32,000 nucleotides of DNA, taken from the NCBI RefSeq assembly GCF_043950225.1, contig NZ_CP171637.1, one strand, 5' to 3'. This DNA is from Escherichia coli (lineage in GTDB: Bacteria; Pseudomonadota; Gammaproteobacteria; Enterobacterales; Enterobacteriaceae). The translations under genes were made by a program, and so were the position numbers. The notes beneath the pieces are model-generated. The model did not search any database and was not told where the DNA came from. It saw nothing but the letters and a program-made list of their open reading frames with translations. Within the stretch, counting starts at the first letter, position 1. Every line of letters begins with the position of its first letter. Positions 12,403-21,491 of this stretch are shown here, one piece after another.

Positions 12403-12912
12403 ATGAGAAAATCAAAGTTAGAGAAAAATAATAATGAACACGAGAAGCTGGAGTTAAATAATGATTTAAGTGATATTGAAAAAGGTATCACTGAAGATGG
12501 CCAAATATTACCTGAAGAGAGTTATAAGCTGCTAATTGAATCAGGTCAGGCGGAAAAAATCAGCCCTAAAGCCAGCGGTATTCTGACATGGCAACTGGCT
12601 ATGTCTGAAACGGATAATGAACTTTACCTGCGTCTCATGGCAAATGGCAGCGGTGGATTGTTCTCTAAAGACTGGGTCCCACTTTCTAAGATTGAAAGTG
12701 TACTCGAAGTTCAACCGACAACGGGCTTCACATCAGGCGTATTCAGATCATTATTTAAAGGAGCAAGTGCCAATAATGCCGGTTTTCTGGCTGCTGTTTT
12801 ACGCTCCCCGGATATATGTCTGCTTGAGGCGCACCCTGAGAAGTTGTTTACGCATGTTTTATATGCTGACTGGCGGGCGCGTCTTAAAACACTCGGTAAG
12901 GTTGGCGATTGA
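12403..12912 (+). CDS. Hypothetical protein, ~169 aa
   Basis: AGGAG six nt before the ATG at 12403; protein-like sequence (SGILTWQLAMSETDNELYLRLMANGSGGLFSKDWVPLSKI). Confidence 0.65.
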   Translation: MRKSKLEKNNNEHEKLELNNDLSDIEKGITEDGQILPEESYKLLIESGQAEKISPKASGILTWQLAMSETDNELYLRLMANGSGGLFSKDWVPLSKIESVLEVQPTTGFTSGVFRSLFKGASANNAGFLAAVLRSPDICLLEAHPEKLFTHVLYADWRARLKTLGKVGD

Positions 12913-13005
12913 GAAAGGATTGCGAAGAATTAATTCTTTACCAGAACTGTTATACAACCAGAAACTACTACACACCTCTACTCACCTTTTACAGGAAAAT
13001 CTATT

Positions 13006-13440
13006 ATGCAAACCCAGTATGCCTTAAAACAGGCAGGATTAACGCTGCCTGTCACTAAATTATTTCAGCAGCACATCGTTACGCTTCTGGCAGAACAATC
13101 TCAGCAAACATCGGTCAGGGCAGTAGTCATTAATTTTCGTGACCCGGACTACAGTGCAGAATCCGGCGGATTTCATCCGGTTGAAATGCGGTTCATCCGC
13201 CAGGATAACGAATGGTATTTCGATTATGTCACAGACTTTAGTTACATGGGACGAGTCTATCCGGCGCTGGAAAAGGAAATGGACTTTTGTTGGTCAGGTC
13301 AATACGTCTTCCATTATCTGGCTGGGGATATTTCACTGGCGGCAGAGAGGAATGAACTCTGGTCCTTATGGGAGGGTAATTTTATGGATTACCTGTCTAT
13401 GGGGATTTACCGGGTAACGGTAACTGTGGAAAGTTGTTGA
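13006..13440 (+). CDS. DUF2787-like protein, 144 aa
   Basis: INFRDPDYSAESGGFHPVEMRFIRQDNEWYFDYVTDFSYMG resembles the DUF2787 signature as remembered; not searched. Confidence 0.6.
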   Translation: MQTQYALKQAGLTLPVTKLFQQHIVTLLAEQSQQTSVRAVVINFRDPDYSAESGGFHPVEMRFIRQDNEWYFDYVTDFSYMGRVYPALEKEMDFCWSGQYVFHYLAGDISLAAERNELWSLWEGNFMDYLSMGIYRVTVTVESC

Positions 13441-13741
13441 CCTGTTATGAACAGGAAGAAAACGGGCATCTTTGTAATCCTCTTCATGCGCAGTACATCG
13501 CAGCATGATGATGATACTGGTTGTACCGGACCGTTCGCATAAACATGTGCAGACGCGGGGGATCTCAGATCCCTCGTGATTTTTGCCCCCTATGGTGCAT
13601 TCTCCAGTAGCAGGGTGATAACGGTTAATCCATTACCCCAACGACAGTATTACACCGGTAATAAATGTTCATGAATACAGTTAGTTATGTGGGTTTTGAG
13701 GTGGGCTATGTCATCGTTGACGATAACTGAAGGTTTTACAG

Positions 13742-13969
13742 ATGTATAAAACTCGCGGTGAAAGGATCGCAGAAAGGCTGTGCTGGATATTACTTCAACT
13801 GTATACCGGTAATACGGTATCGGTTAATGATATATGTCAGCGTTTCGCGGTCAGTCGCCGAACCGGACAGCGTGATTTGTTGAGAGTTGAAACTGTAACG
13901 GAAACTATTTCACCTGGAAGGGTAAGGCTGGCAAATTTGATAAGGGAACGAGTTAGACGAAATTTTTAA
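13742..13969 (+). pseudogene. Remnant of a DeoR/WYL-type transcriptional regulator (N-terminal HTH only)
   Basis: RLCWILLQLYTGNTVSVNDICQRFAVSRRTGQRDL aligns by eye with [35 protein letters not shown] of the WYL regulator at 15213..15833; no WYL domain follows. Confidence 0.6.
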
Positions 13970-14050
13970 TCGAATCCATATCAATACTATAAAATATGAA
14001 AATTAACGGGGGTAAATATATACTCCCGTTATAATGCAACCTTTTTTTAA

Positions 14051-14869
14051 CTACTCAAATGATATTAATTTAGGTACGACAGTGTTTTTATGATGTGTTG
14101 AATTTGCAAGATTAATAATATCATGAAATGATTTCATGTCGTCGTCAGTGATTTCTACGGCTGGATCAGCTAAATCGGTACAGGTAACATTTAACCAGTG
14201 TGTTAATGAATCAATCCTGTTTGAAGTAATATATTCAGTGTGACCAACATTCCACTTCCAGTTGATTATCCGAGCAGGTCTGAATCTCACCTCCCGAACC
14301 CCAATTGGTGTTACTGACTCAACGAGAGGGTATATCGTGTTAAGTACTTTATCATGTTCACTGTAGATATTTAAATGCCCCATTTTTGAACCGTAAGCCA
14401 TTTTCATTATGTTCTCTGTATAACTTGTTATTGGGGTGGCTCCGGCCATAGAGATTGTTAAGAGAATATTATCATTTTTAATATAGGGTAATGTATTGTT
14501 TATTAATCGAGTCCCTAAAGAATGACCCATTATGATCACATTACGCTTTTCTTTAACGTATATCTCGTTTATTACGCGTGCTAATTTTTCTCTGTTATTA
14601 ACTGCTGCTTTCGTTGCATTATACCAGGCCTGACGCGCTTTAAATGGGATGGAGATTGATGACAATAAAGGAGATGTTCTCAGGGGGAAGAGAGTATATA
14701 ACCCCCACTTGTTCGCTATGTCAGAACTTAATATGGATAGTAGATTTGCTGATTCCCATTTATAGTATCTGACATCAAGGCCACACCCTGCTTTAATTCG
14801 GTTAAACCATGATATATCATTTTCGGTCAGAAACCCTGATACAACAAGAAGAACCGGGCATTTTTTCAT
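14051..14869 (-). CDS. Alpha/beta hydrolase fold protein (DUF726-like), 272 aa
   Basis: Nucleophile elbow VIIMGHSLGTRL, plausible acid in NIYSEHDKVL and His in VGHTEYITS. Confidence 0.7.
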   Translation of the reverse strand: MKKCPVLLVVSGFLTENDISWFNRIKAGCGLDVRYYKWESANLLSILSSDIANKWGLYTLFPLRTSPLLSSISIPFKARQAWYNATKAAVNNREKLARVINEIYVKEKRNVIIMGHSLGTRLINNTLPYIKNDNILLTISMAGATPITSYTENIMKMAYGSKMGHLNIYSEHDKVLNTIYPLVESVTPIGVREVRFRPARIINWKWNVGHTEYITSNRIDSLTHWLNVTCTDLADPAVEITDDDMKSFHDIINLANSTHHKNTVVPKLISFE

Positions 14870-14930
14870 GGTAACTCCATTTTTTAGCTTGCAAAAATAG
14901 CACTCAATGAAAATTATATTATCCGTGTCA

Positions 14931-15833
14931 TTACGGGGCGTTACTTGGCTGGGTGTAACGTTTCAGTGCGGATTGTATATCTTCAGCAAGTTGTTGACGG
15001 ATTGAGGCCGGTTGTATTACTTCGACATCCGGTATCCAGTATTTCATTAAAGGCATTATCTGATCTGTGTGTGTTACACGTGATATCACCAGTAAATCGC
15101 CAGACCGGGAAGTATGAATTATTTCCTGTCCTGGCAATAGATGACGGTGGGTAAACCACGGAGCAACATGTGCGGAAACTGAAATAAGAACTTCGATAAG
15201 GTCTTCGCTATACTAGATACCATCTGTCTTTTCTATTTTTTCATTAATTTCGGGGATTATCCTGAAAGAGATATTACTCATGCAAACGTCTTTGACAGAT
15301 GAGATAACAAAGCTTTTTAATGTACTGTCATGGGCGGCAGCGAGATACCACAATCCGTTGTCATTAACCAGTCTGTATGGCTCAACAGCCCGAAACTCTT
15401 TATCTTTGTAATTAAATTTTACTTTCTTCTGTGACAGGATGGCATCGGATAATACATTCAGAATTGACATGAATGATCCGCAGTTTTCGTATGGACGTTG
15501 TTTTATCAGAAACGGGTTGTTTTTCGTGTTACCTAACAAAATACTCAGTAGTCTGTCATCCCAGCGAGGGAACAGCCCTTCAATACCCAGGATGCGCGTG
15601 AAATGACGTAAATCAGCATTGCTGCGTTGACCGAGAACACCGTCAGACAGGCGATAGCGACCATTTTGTCGAATCAGATTAAGATAGGACAGGCGCTGAG
15701 TAAGATCACGACGAATAGTTTTTTCGCAAACGTTAAATTCCTCAGATAACTCCCGGACGGCTAGTGACTCACCATTGTTCAGGCGAGTTAATATCAATCC
15801 GAGTCGATATCCAAGTTTATCGTGCTTACCCAT
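14931..15833 (-). pseudogene. WYL-domain transcriptional regulator (YfjR-like architecture) interrupted by an in-frame TAG at 15213-15215; two pieces of 206 aa and about 94 codons
   Basis: Upstream piece has HTH ([21 protein letters not shown]) and WYL core ([20 protein letters not shown]). Same-frame downstream piece reads YSEDLIEVLISVSAHVAPWFTHRHLLPGQEIIHTSRSGDLLVISRVTHTDQIMPLMKYWIPDVEVIQPASIRQQLAEDIQSALKRYTQPSNAP*, a typical WYL C-terminal extension. Confidence 0.75.
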
Positions 15834-16212
15834 TCGTTTATCCGGTTAATGCCAGCGAAGAGGATATTTTCAGCAAAGTAACGGACAGGATGAGTCCACT
15901 TTTACTGTGACGGAGAAAAAAATTAACTCATTAATTATCAATATATTAAAACATTGCTGGAATCATCGAATAACATGTGGGCTCATCCTGTCCATGTGTA
16001 TTTTTACGTTCAGGGTGATAATTATTATCCTGACCTGTACATGGCATGTTTTTGCTGCATATTTGACTATGCACTTTTGCCATCAAGTCGGAGAGGCAGG
16101 GGGGAACGTAAGCTCCGAAGGTTAGAGAGGTTATCAGCAATTACAATGATGATTAATATTTTCATAATATCGGAGAACATCATATTAGTTGAAATAACAT
16201 AAAGGTGGTTCT

Positions 16213-16539
16213 ATGTATTTACATATCAGAAAGTATCAACTAGTAAATGCGAGATGGCGTGATGTCATTGATCTGACAGATTATGAAGAAACAATCAGGC
16301 AGGTTGTCGGTACATTATTTGGAAATGATTTTATTGAGGTCAGCGTTGAAACAAATTGTTTTACTCTGACAGTAAACAGTACAAGCAGTAAAATACCACA
16401 CGGCATACTGGTGAATATGGGGAAAAGGCTGGCGGCTAATCTCCAGAGTATCACCTGTCATGCCATGCGGATCTATCATGTAAATGGCCATCCTGACGCG
16501 CGGCAGTTATTTCACTGTTTTGATGCCGATTGCCTGTGA
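16213..16539 (+). CDS. Hypothetical protein, 108 aa
   Basis: AAAGGTGG upstream of ATG; convergent with the polymerase gene. Confidence 0.5.
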   Translation: MYLHIRKYQLVNARWRDVIDLTDYEETIRQVVGTLFGNDFIEVSVETNCFTLTVNSTSSKIPHGILVNMGKRLAANLQSITCHAMRIYHVNGHPDARQLFHCFDADCL

Positions 16540-16544
16540 TTAAG

Positions 16545-16573
16545 CCCCCAACTTCTGTTAAAGGAGTTGGGGG
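16545..16573. terminator. Hairpin between convergent genes (possible terminator)
   Basis: Perfect 9-bp stem cccccaact / agttggggg; no long T-run, so moderate support. Confidence 0.45.
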
Positions 16574-16587
16574 AGATTTAACGGTTA

Positions 16588-19188
16588 TCAGACTGGAAGA
16601 CAGAATGTCGGATATTTACGGGCTATGATATCCATCAGTGACTTCATTCGAGGTGTTACAGAACTAAATTTCATTTGGGGTATTTTTGCTCTTACCGCAT
16701 TTTTTACATCAGTCACCGTTACTGAATAGCCTTCTGACGTCAGCCATTCAGCAACCTCTTTACAGGAATAACTTTTTTTATCTTTCAGCATAAGCCCCCA
16801 TTGGCACTGAGTCAGCGCCCGGAGAAATAGTCTGACTAAAATATCATCACTACGTTTGCTTCCGACTTTTAGTTTCATATCAGAAAACACCGTCCGGCAA
16901 TAGAGAAAATCACACCAGTCATCCCAGTCAGCCAGGGTCTTCAGTGTATGCGTTTGCCGCCAGTCGTCGAAAAGAGAGCGTTGCTGCAGAGCCTCTTCCA
17001 TATTATCCCACGGGCGGGAAAACATCAGTAAATGCCCTTCATTCATGGCGGGCTGTACGGGCTGGCGTTTGAAATCGAATTCCAGATTAAGACGGATATC
17101 CTGTTCCCGGGATACCAGATCGCTTTCCGACAGCCACATCTCACGCGTTGATATCAACGTACTTCGGGATAACGTCTGACCGGGTAAACGATTAAGGTAA
17201 AGATCTACCATATAGTCGTTATAGTCACTGCGTGGAATATCGGCAGGAGGTTTGACGCCAGCCCTGGCATGAACAACCGGTTTTCCCTGAATAGCTCTAT
17301 AGGTTAACTGCCCCCGGGTTTTCATGGCGATAAGCTGGCTGACCTCATGCTTACATGTCAACATTGATGAACCCGGATCAACAATATCGCACAGCGACTG
17401 GAAGCGGGAAGACAGTGGACCGCTCATGTTTATCTTGTTAAGTGGGCAATTTGTCAAAAAGCCATCGGTTGTGACGCTGACAACCGATGAATCAGAAGGC
17501 AAAGCATTCATGAGTTCCCCGACAACGGCGCGGATAAATCCCGTCACATGCGCAGCAAAGAATGGCTGAGTAACCGATGATGGTGGGAGGGATCTGTTTA
17601 ATCCACGGGCTGTATCAAAGGCGGTTTTGGCGCGAAGGCCCTGAGCAAGTTTACCATAAAGCGAGTTGCCAATTTCTTTCCAGAATTTCTCCTCCAGAGA
17701 ACCTTTAATATGGCGATTACGGTTCTCACGGACCTGTTGAACAAAGGGAAGAAACACCGATGTTGATTCGCTGTTATGTGGGGAGGTGTCACAGATCCAG
17801 GGGACGATGATCCCATTATGGATCGTCATCTCTGCCCCGAGCGACAGAGCAAGTTCGATTTCAGGTGCCGTTGCCCATGATTCGCCACTTAATGGAAAGA
17901 ATAACCCATATTGATCGGTCCGAACCGGCAGGCTGGGATAGGGAACTGATTCCGGGAACCGAAATGTGACAAGCGCAAATCCCATCACATGCCCACAGTA
18001 ATCGTCCGGATTTTTACTGAGGCGGATGTTTCCGTAATCGGGTATGAGGATATCTAATAGCCCGGTGGTATACGCTCCAGCCAGATCGTAGTCATACCAG
18101 TGATCAGACGGTGTAACCCCCATCATAAAACACTCATTGCGTCCGCCGTGGTAACAGTTGATCGGGAACGTTTCAAACAGCTCTCTTGAAGGAACACTGG
18201 CGGGGTTTTTAATCGTCCGGAATGCCTGTTTCTCCGTGAGCCAGAGTTCACGGGTTTTAATGTGTGTCCCAAGGCAGACTTCAGGAGACATATTGTTTTC
18301 TTTAAGTGTTTTGGTGAACCGTGAAACTGCCATCGCCCCGATGGTGGCGGGGACACGATCAATCATCAGCTCCCGGGCGCAAAAATTGCGAACCTGTAAA
18401 GCATAACGAACCGCAATCTCGGCATCCCGCAGAGCATAGGCTTCAAACCCTGCTCTGTCCCCCAGAAGATATTCACGCATATTGGTTATGGAATAAGGTG
18501 CAGGAATGGTGAGTTTGGGAAGACCCAGTAATTCACCACATTCAGCCAGACCCATACCCCCGGGAGTGATAAGCAGTGTATCGATGAAAGCTACGTTACT
18601 GCAACGCGGAGGGGAAGTTCGTTTGTCAAACATTATCTGTTCAGTCTTTACGCGACGTTCCTGCTGTTCATCAAAATCGATACCGTAACGATTTTTGAAG
18701 CTGCTGACAGTACCGCGTATTCCTTTCAGAAGAATTTTGTAGTCTGACCAGAAATTGGCAAAGGAGGCGATATCCGCACGAATGAAATGCGCATATATAT
18801 TAATAATACCGGGCCATTTTGTAATCACACCCGTTTCAAGAAGCGGTGTAATCGTTTGACAGAGAAAGTCCTTAAAAGACAGCCGGGATTTTTTCTGTGA
18901 GTCAGGTGGATAGATAATGTTCGATATACCTGTATTATCGGGTAAGACAACATAACTCTGATATGACAGAATATCATTCTGTTGTGTTTCAGGATTGAAA
19001 ACATATTCGGTATCAAAACCGATATGGAGTGTCAGGTCACTTGAAATAACAGATACTTTTTTTGATGCAGGTGGTATCACAGGATAATCATCAAGCGTTT
19101 TAGGTCTTTTACGATTGAGCGCTGGCTCTGAAGTCACGGACTGATACCCCGATGCGGCAGCGAGGATGTCCTGCAAATTATTGCTCAT
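16588..19188 (-). CDS. Primer-independent family B DNA polymerase (piPolB), 866 aa
   Basis: Exo I HIGFDTEYV (D59/E61), Exo III YALRDAE (YxxxD), motif A YDYDLAGAYTTGL (D368), motif B KEIGNSLYGKLAQ, motif C SVTTDGFLT (D575), all by my residue count. Confidence 0.93.
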   Translation of the reverse strand: MSNNLQDILAAASGYQSVTSEPALNRKRPKTLDDYPVIPPASKKVSVISSDLTLHIGFDTEYVFNPETQQNDILSYQSYVVLPDNTGISNIIYPPDSQKKSRLSFKDFLCQTITPLLETGVITKWPGIINIYAHFIRADIASFANFWSDYKILLKGIRGTVSSFKNRYGIDFDEQQERRVKTEQIMFDKRTSPPRCSNVAFIDTLLITPGGMGLAECGELLGLPKLTIPAPYSITNMREYLLGDRAGFEAYALRDAEIAVRYALQVRNFCARELMIDRVPATIGAMAVSRFTKTLKENNMSPEVCLGTHIKTRELWLTEKQAFRTIKNPASVPSRELFETFPINCYHGGRNECFMMGVTPSDHWYDYDLAGAYTTGLLDILIPDYGNIRLSKNPDDYCGHVMGFALVTFRFPESVPYPSLPVRTDQYGLFFPLSGESWATAPEIELALSLGAEMTIHNGIIVPWICDTSPHNSESTSVFLPFVQQVRENRNRHIKGSLEEKFWKEIGNSLYGKLAQGLRAKTAFDTARGLNRSLPPSSVTQPFFAAHVTGFIRAVVGELMNALPSDSSVVSVTTDGFLTNCPLNKINMSGPLSSRFQSLCDIVDPGSSMLTCKHEVSQLIAMKTRGQLTYRAIQGKPVVHARAGVKPPADIPRSDYNDYMVDLYLNRLPGQTLSRSTLISTREMWLSESDLVSREQDIRLNLEFDFKRQPVQPAMNEGHLLMFSRPWDNMEEALQQRSLFDDWRQTHTLKTLADWDDWCDFLYCRTVFSDMKLKVGSKRSDDILVRLFLRALTQCQWGLMLKDKKSYSCKEVAEWLTSEGYSVTVTDVKNAVRAKIPQMKFSSVTPRMKSLMDIIARKYPTFCLPV

Positions 19189-19238
19189 AGTTAACTCCGA
19201 AAAAACGCCGGGAGTTTGTCCCCCCCCGGCATAATGAA

Positions 19239-19877
19239 TCAGGATTTAATGACGTCTACTACAGCTTTGAAAATATCATTTTTGCGAGATTCATTATCTA
19301 CATAGATAAAGGAAACGAGTTTCCTGCCTGCTTTAATCAGGATGCCACGTTGCGTCTTTTCCACAGACGGGGTAACGTGTGCAGATAACAGACAATGTTC
19401 ATGTAAATGAAGAAACTTTTTTGAGGCGTAGCCGCCATGTAATCGTGCTTGAATGTCAAGATACATATCATCAAGAGAACCGGGTTCTCCTGATTCACTC
19501 AATACCGAATAACCCTTCTTATCAAAAAGGTTAAGGATAGATTTACCATCATGTTCGAACAGGGTAACACCGTAAATGTATTTCATTCGAAAGGTGAGGT
19601 AATCGGTGGTGTAGACCTCCTCCTGACGATTGAAATTTTTGAGACGCCTGGCTAATTCATTAAAAACAGCACGAGCAGTAGCCGTGTCCTGCAGGGTGTA
19701 GGTATAAAGAACGAAGCCATCTGTGCCGATGAGCTTTACTAAGTTGTCCATAATCGTGATAGCGAGAACTAATGCAAAGGACAGATATTTTTCATCGTTG
19801 TCTACAGCTGTGCTTGCTGATTCGGGAAGAATGTTCAGTGCATTATTAGCGTTATTTTCCGTGTTCTTAGTAACCAT
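19239..19877 (-). CDS. Uncharacterised 212-aa protein immediately upstream of piPolB
   Basis: Same strand as piPolB, 50 nt gap to its start; start overlaps the HTH gene end by 11 nt. Confidence 0.75.
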   Translation of the reverse strand: MVTKNTENNANNALNILPESASTAVDNDEKYLSFALVLAITIMDNLVKLIGTDGFVLYTYTLQDTATARAVFNELARRLKNFNRQEEVYTTDYLTFRMKYIYGVTLFEHDGKSILNLFDKKGYSVLSESGEPGSLDDMYLDIQARLHGGYASKKFLHLHEHCLLSAHVTPSVEKTQRGILIKAGRKLVSFIYVDNESRKNDIFKAVVDVIKS

Positions 19878-20067
19878 TTATATCACCTTTAAGTTTGTTT
19901 TGACGATGTGCATTTTCCCACTCAACAATATCGTCAAGAGAGAATCGTATAGCCCGCCCAATTCTGATGAAGGGCGGGAGTTTTCCGGGATTGCGAGATA
20001 TATCTGACGCAACCGTGGATGCAGAAAGATTAAATCTTTCTGCGAACTGCTTAATGGTTAAATACAT
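19867..20067 (-). CDS. AlpA/excisionase-like helix-turn-helix protein, 66 aa
   Basis: MYLTIKQFAERFNLSASTVASDISRNPGKLPPFIRIGRAIRFSLDDIVEWENA, MerR/AlpA-type HTH. Confidence 0.8.
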   Translation of the reverse strand: MYLTIKQFAERFNLSASTVASDISRNPGKLPPFIRIGRAIRFSLDDIVEWENAHRQNKLKGDINGY

Positions 20068-20217
20068 AAACCTCCGGTTTCAGAGAATAAGAAGCCACGC
20101 GGATTTAATATCAATCCACATTCTGTGATGACTTAATGCAGGGCCCTGCAGAAGCACGCAATGACAATACCGTCCTTAAACGAGTGTTGCATCAATCACG
20201 AATCACAGATCATTGGT

Positions 20218-21348
20218 TCATTTTTTCGTGTCATAACTTTCAATGACCTGAGAAACCACTGCGTGCGATGTCGCTGCATTGTGAAAAGCGTAGCGACGGG
20301 TTGCCGTAAGTGAGTGATGATTGAGCAGATGGGAAGCGATTGCAATATCCCCGGTCGCCTGTAGTACCCGGGTGGCAAAGGTACGGCGCAGGTCATGCAT
20401 CCGCAGGTTATCAATGTCGGCATCCCGGCAAATACGGGCAAAGGTTGCACGCGGATATGCCAGAGGGCGGGCATTGTCGGTTAGTCGCGGAAAAATGTAA
20501 GTTTTGCTGAGCATCAGGTCCTGCTGGCACTGGACAACTGCAATGGCTGGAGGTGCAAGTGGGCAGGTGAAAGGGTGTCCGGACTTTGTATCAGGCAGTA
20601 TGAGTTGATGCATATCCGGGTGCCAGTACTCCCATTTCAGGGTACATACCTCACCAATACGCATCCCCGTATAAAGAGCAAGCAATATAGAATCAGCTGC
20701 CGGTGTTTGCAGCGCTGTTGCCGCGTCAATAAAGCGCGGGATTTCTGTCGCTGATAGTGTGCGATAGCGAATGTTATTTTCTTTCAGATAGCGGACATGT
20801 GTCATCGGGGAATGCGTGATCCATCCAGCACGTACTGCCAGAGAGCATATTTTGGACAATATTGCGAGGATACGGTTTACTGTTGACGGACGTAATTTTT
20901 CCCGTAAGCCAGCAGCATATTGTTCTAGTTCTCCTGCCGTGATGTCGCGAAGTTGCCGCTTGCCCCAGAACGGGCGAACGTAGAGGTTGAGTTTTGACAA
21001 CTCTGACTGAGGACTCTTTTTATACAACTGCAAATCCGGTAGCCACAGGTCATTGATGGCCTGTTCCACAGTGAATCGACGGGACTGAACCGCAAGACGA
21101 TTTTTATCAGCAAGCAGTTTCATCACATGCTGACGGGCATCCTCAACGCAGAGCTGAGGGAACTGACCCAGGGTTTCATATATACGCTGATTGTTTATAG
21201 TGGCACGAAAGGCCAGCGTGATCCGATTGGGATACACCAGAGCACGCAGGTTTTGGCAGTGAATATCACGGTATTCCTGACAGCCCGTGAGGGGATGGGG
21301 AAGTTGGTGAAGTGATTTGTTGCTGAAACGCAGATCCAGAATAGGCAT
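20218..21348 (-). CDS. Tyrosine recombinase/integrase 2
   Basis: LYTGMRIGEVCTLKW (R), MHDLRRTFATRVL (HxxR), LLNHHSLTATRRYAFHN (H, Y); AGGAG 7 nt before the ATG ending at 21348. Confidence 0.92.
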   Translation of the reverse strand: MPILDLRFSNKSLHQLPHPLTGCQEYRDIHCQNLRALVYPNRITLAFRATINNQRIYETLGQFPQLCVEDARQHVMKLLADKNRLAVQSRRFTVEQAINDLWLPDLQLYKKSPQSELSKLNLYVRPFWGKRQLRDITAGELEQYAAGLREKLRPSTVNRILAILSKICSLAVRAGWITHSPMTHVRYLKENNIRYRTLSATEIPRFIDAATALQTPAADSILLALYTGMRIGEVCTLKWEYWHPDMHQLILPDTKSGHPFTCPLAPPAIAVVQCQQDLMLSKTYIFPRLTDNARPLAYPRATFARICRDADIDNLRMHDLRRTFATRVLQATGDIAIASHLLNHHSLTATRRYAFHNAATSHAVVSQVIESYDTKK

Positions 21349-21491
21349 CGTATTTCTCCTGTAAAATAACACAGAAAAAATACGGTGCGAGATTACTGTC
21401 TGCCAGTCTCAGTTTTCACAGTTCATCAGGTGAAAAATGCTGATTCGGATATAATGGCAACACAATTCCATGTCGCCATTATATTAAGAAA

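Noticed and set aside
12617-13027. 136-aa + ORF overlapping two genes
   Set aside because: Out of frame with the RBS-supported 12403..12912 gene and overlapping the DUF2787-like start; sequence looks random.
15907-16202. Overlapping small ORFs of 72, 82 and 64 aa
   Set aside because: Three mutually overlapping frames in low-complexity AT-rich DNA with no motif; one might be debris but none can be supported.
20598-20635. catatccgggtgccagtactcccat resembles the tRNA-Leu end tccgggtacca
   Set aside because: Only a short imperfect match and inside the integrase 2 coding sequence; not credible as an internal att site.
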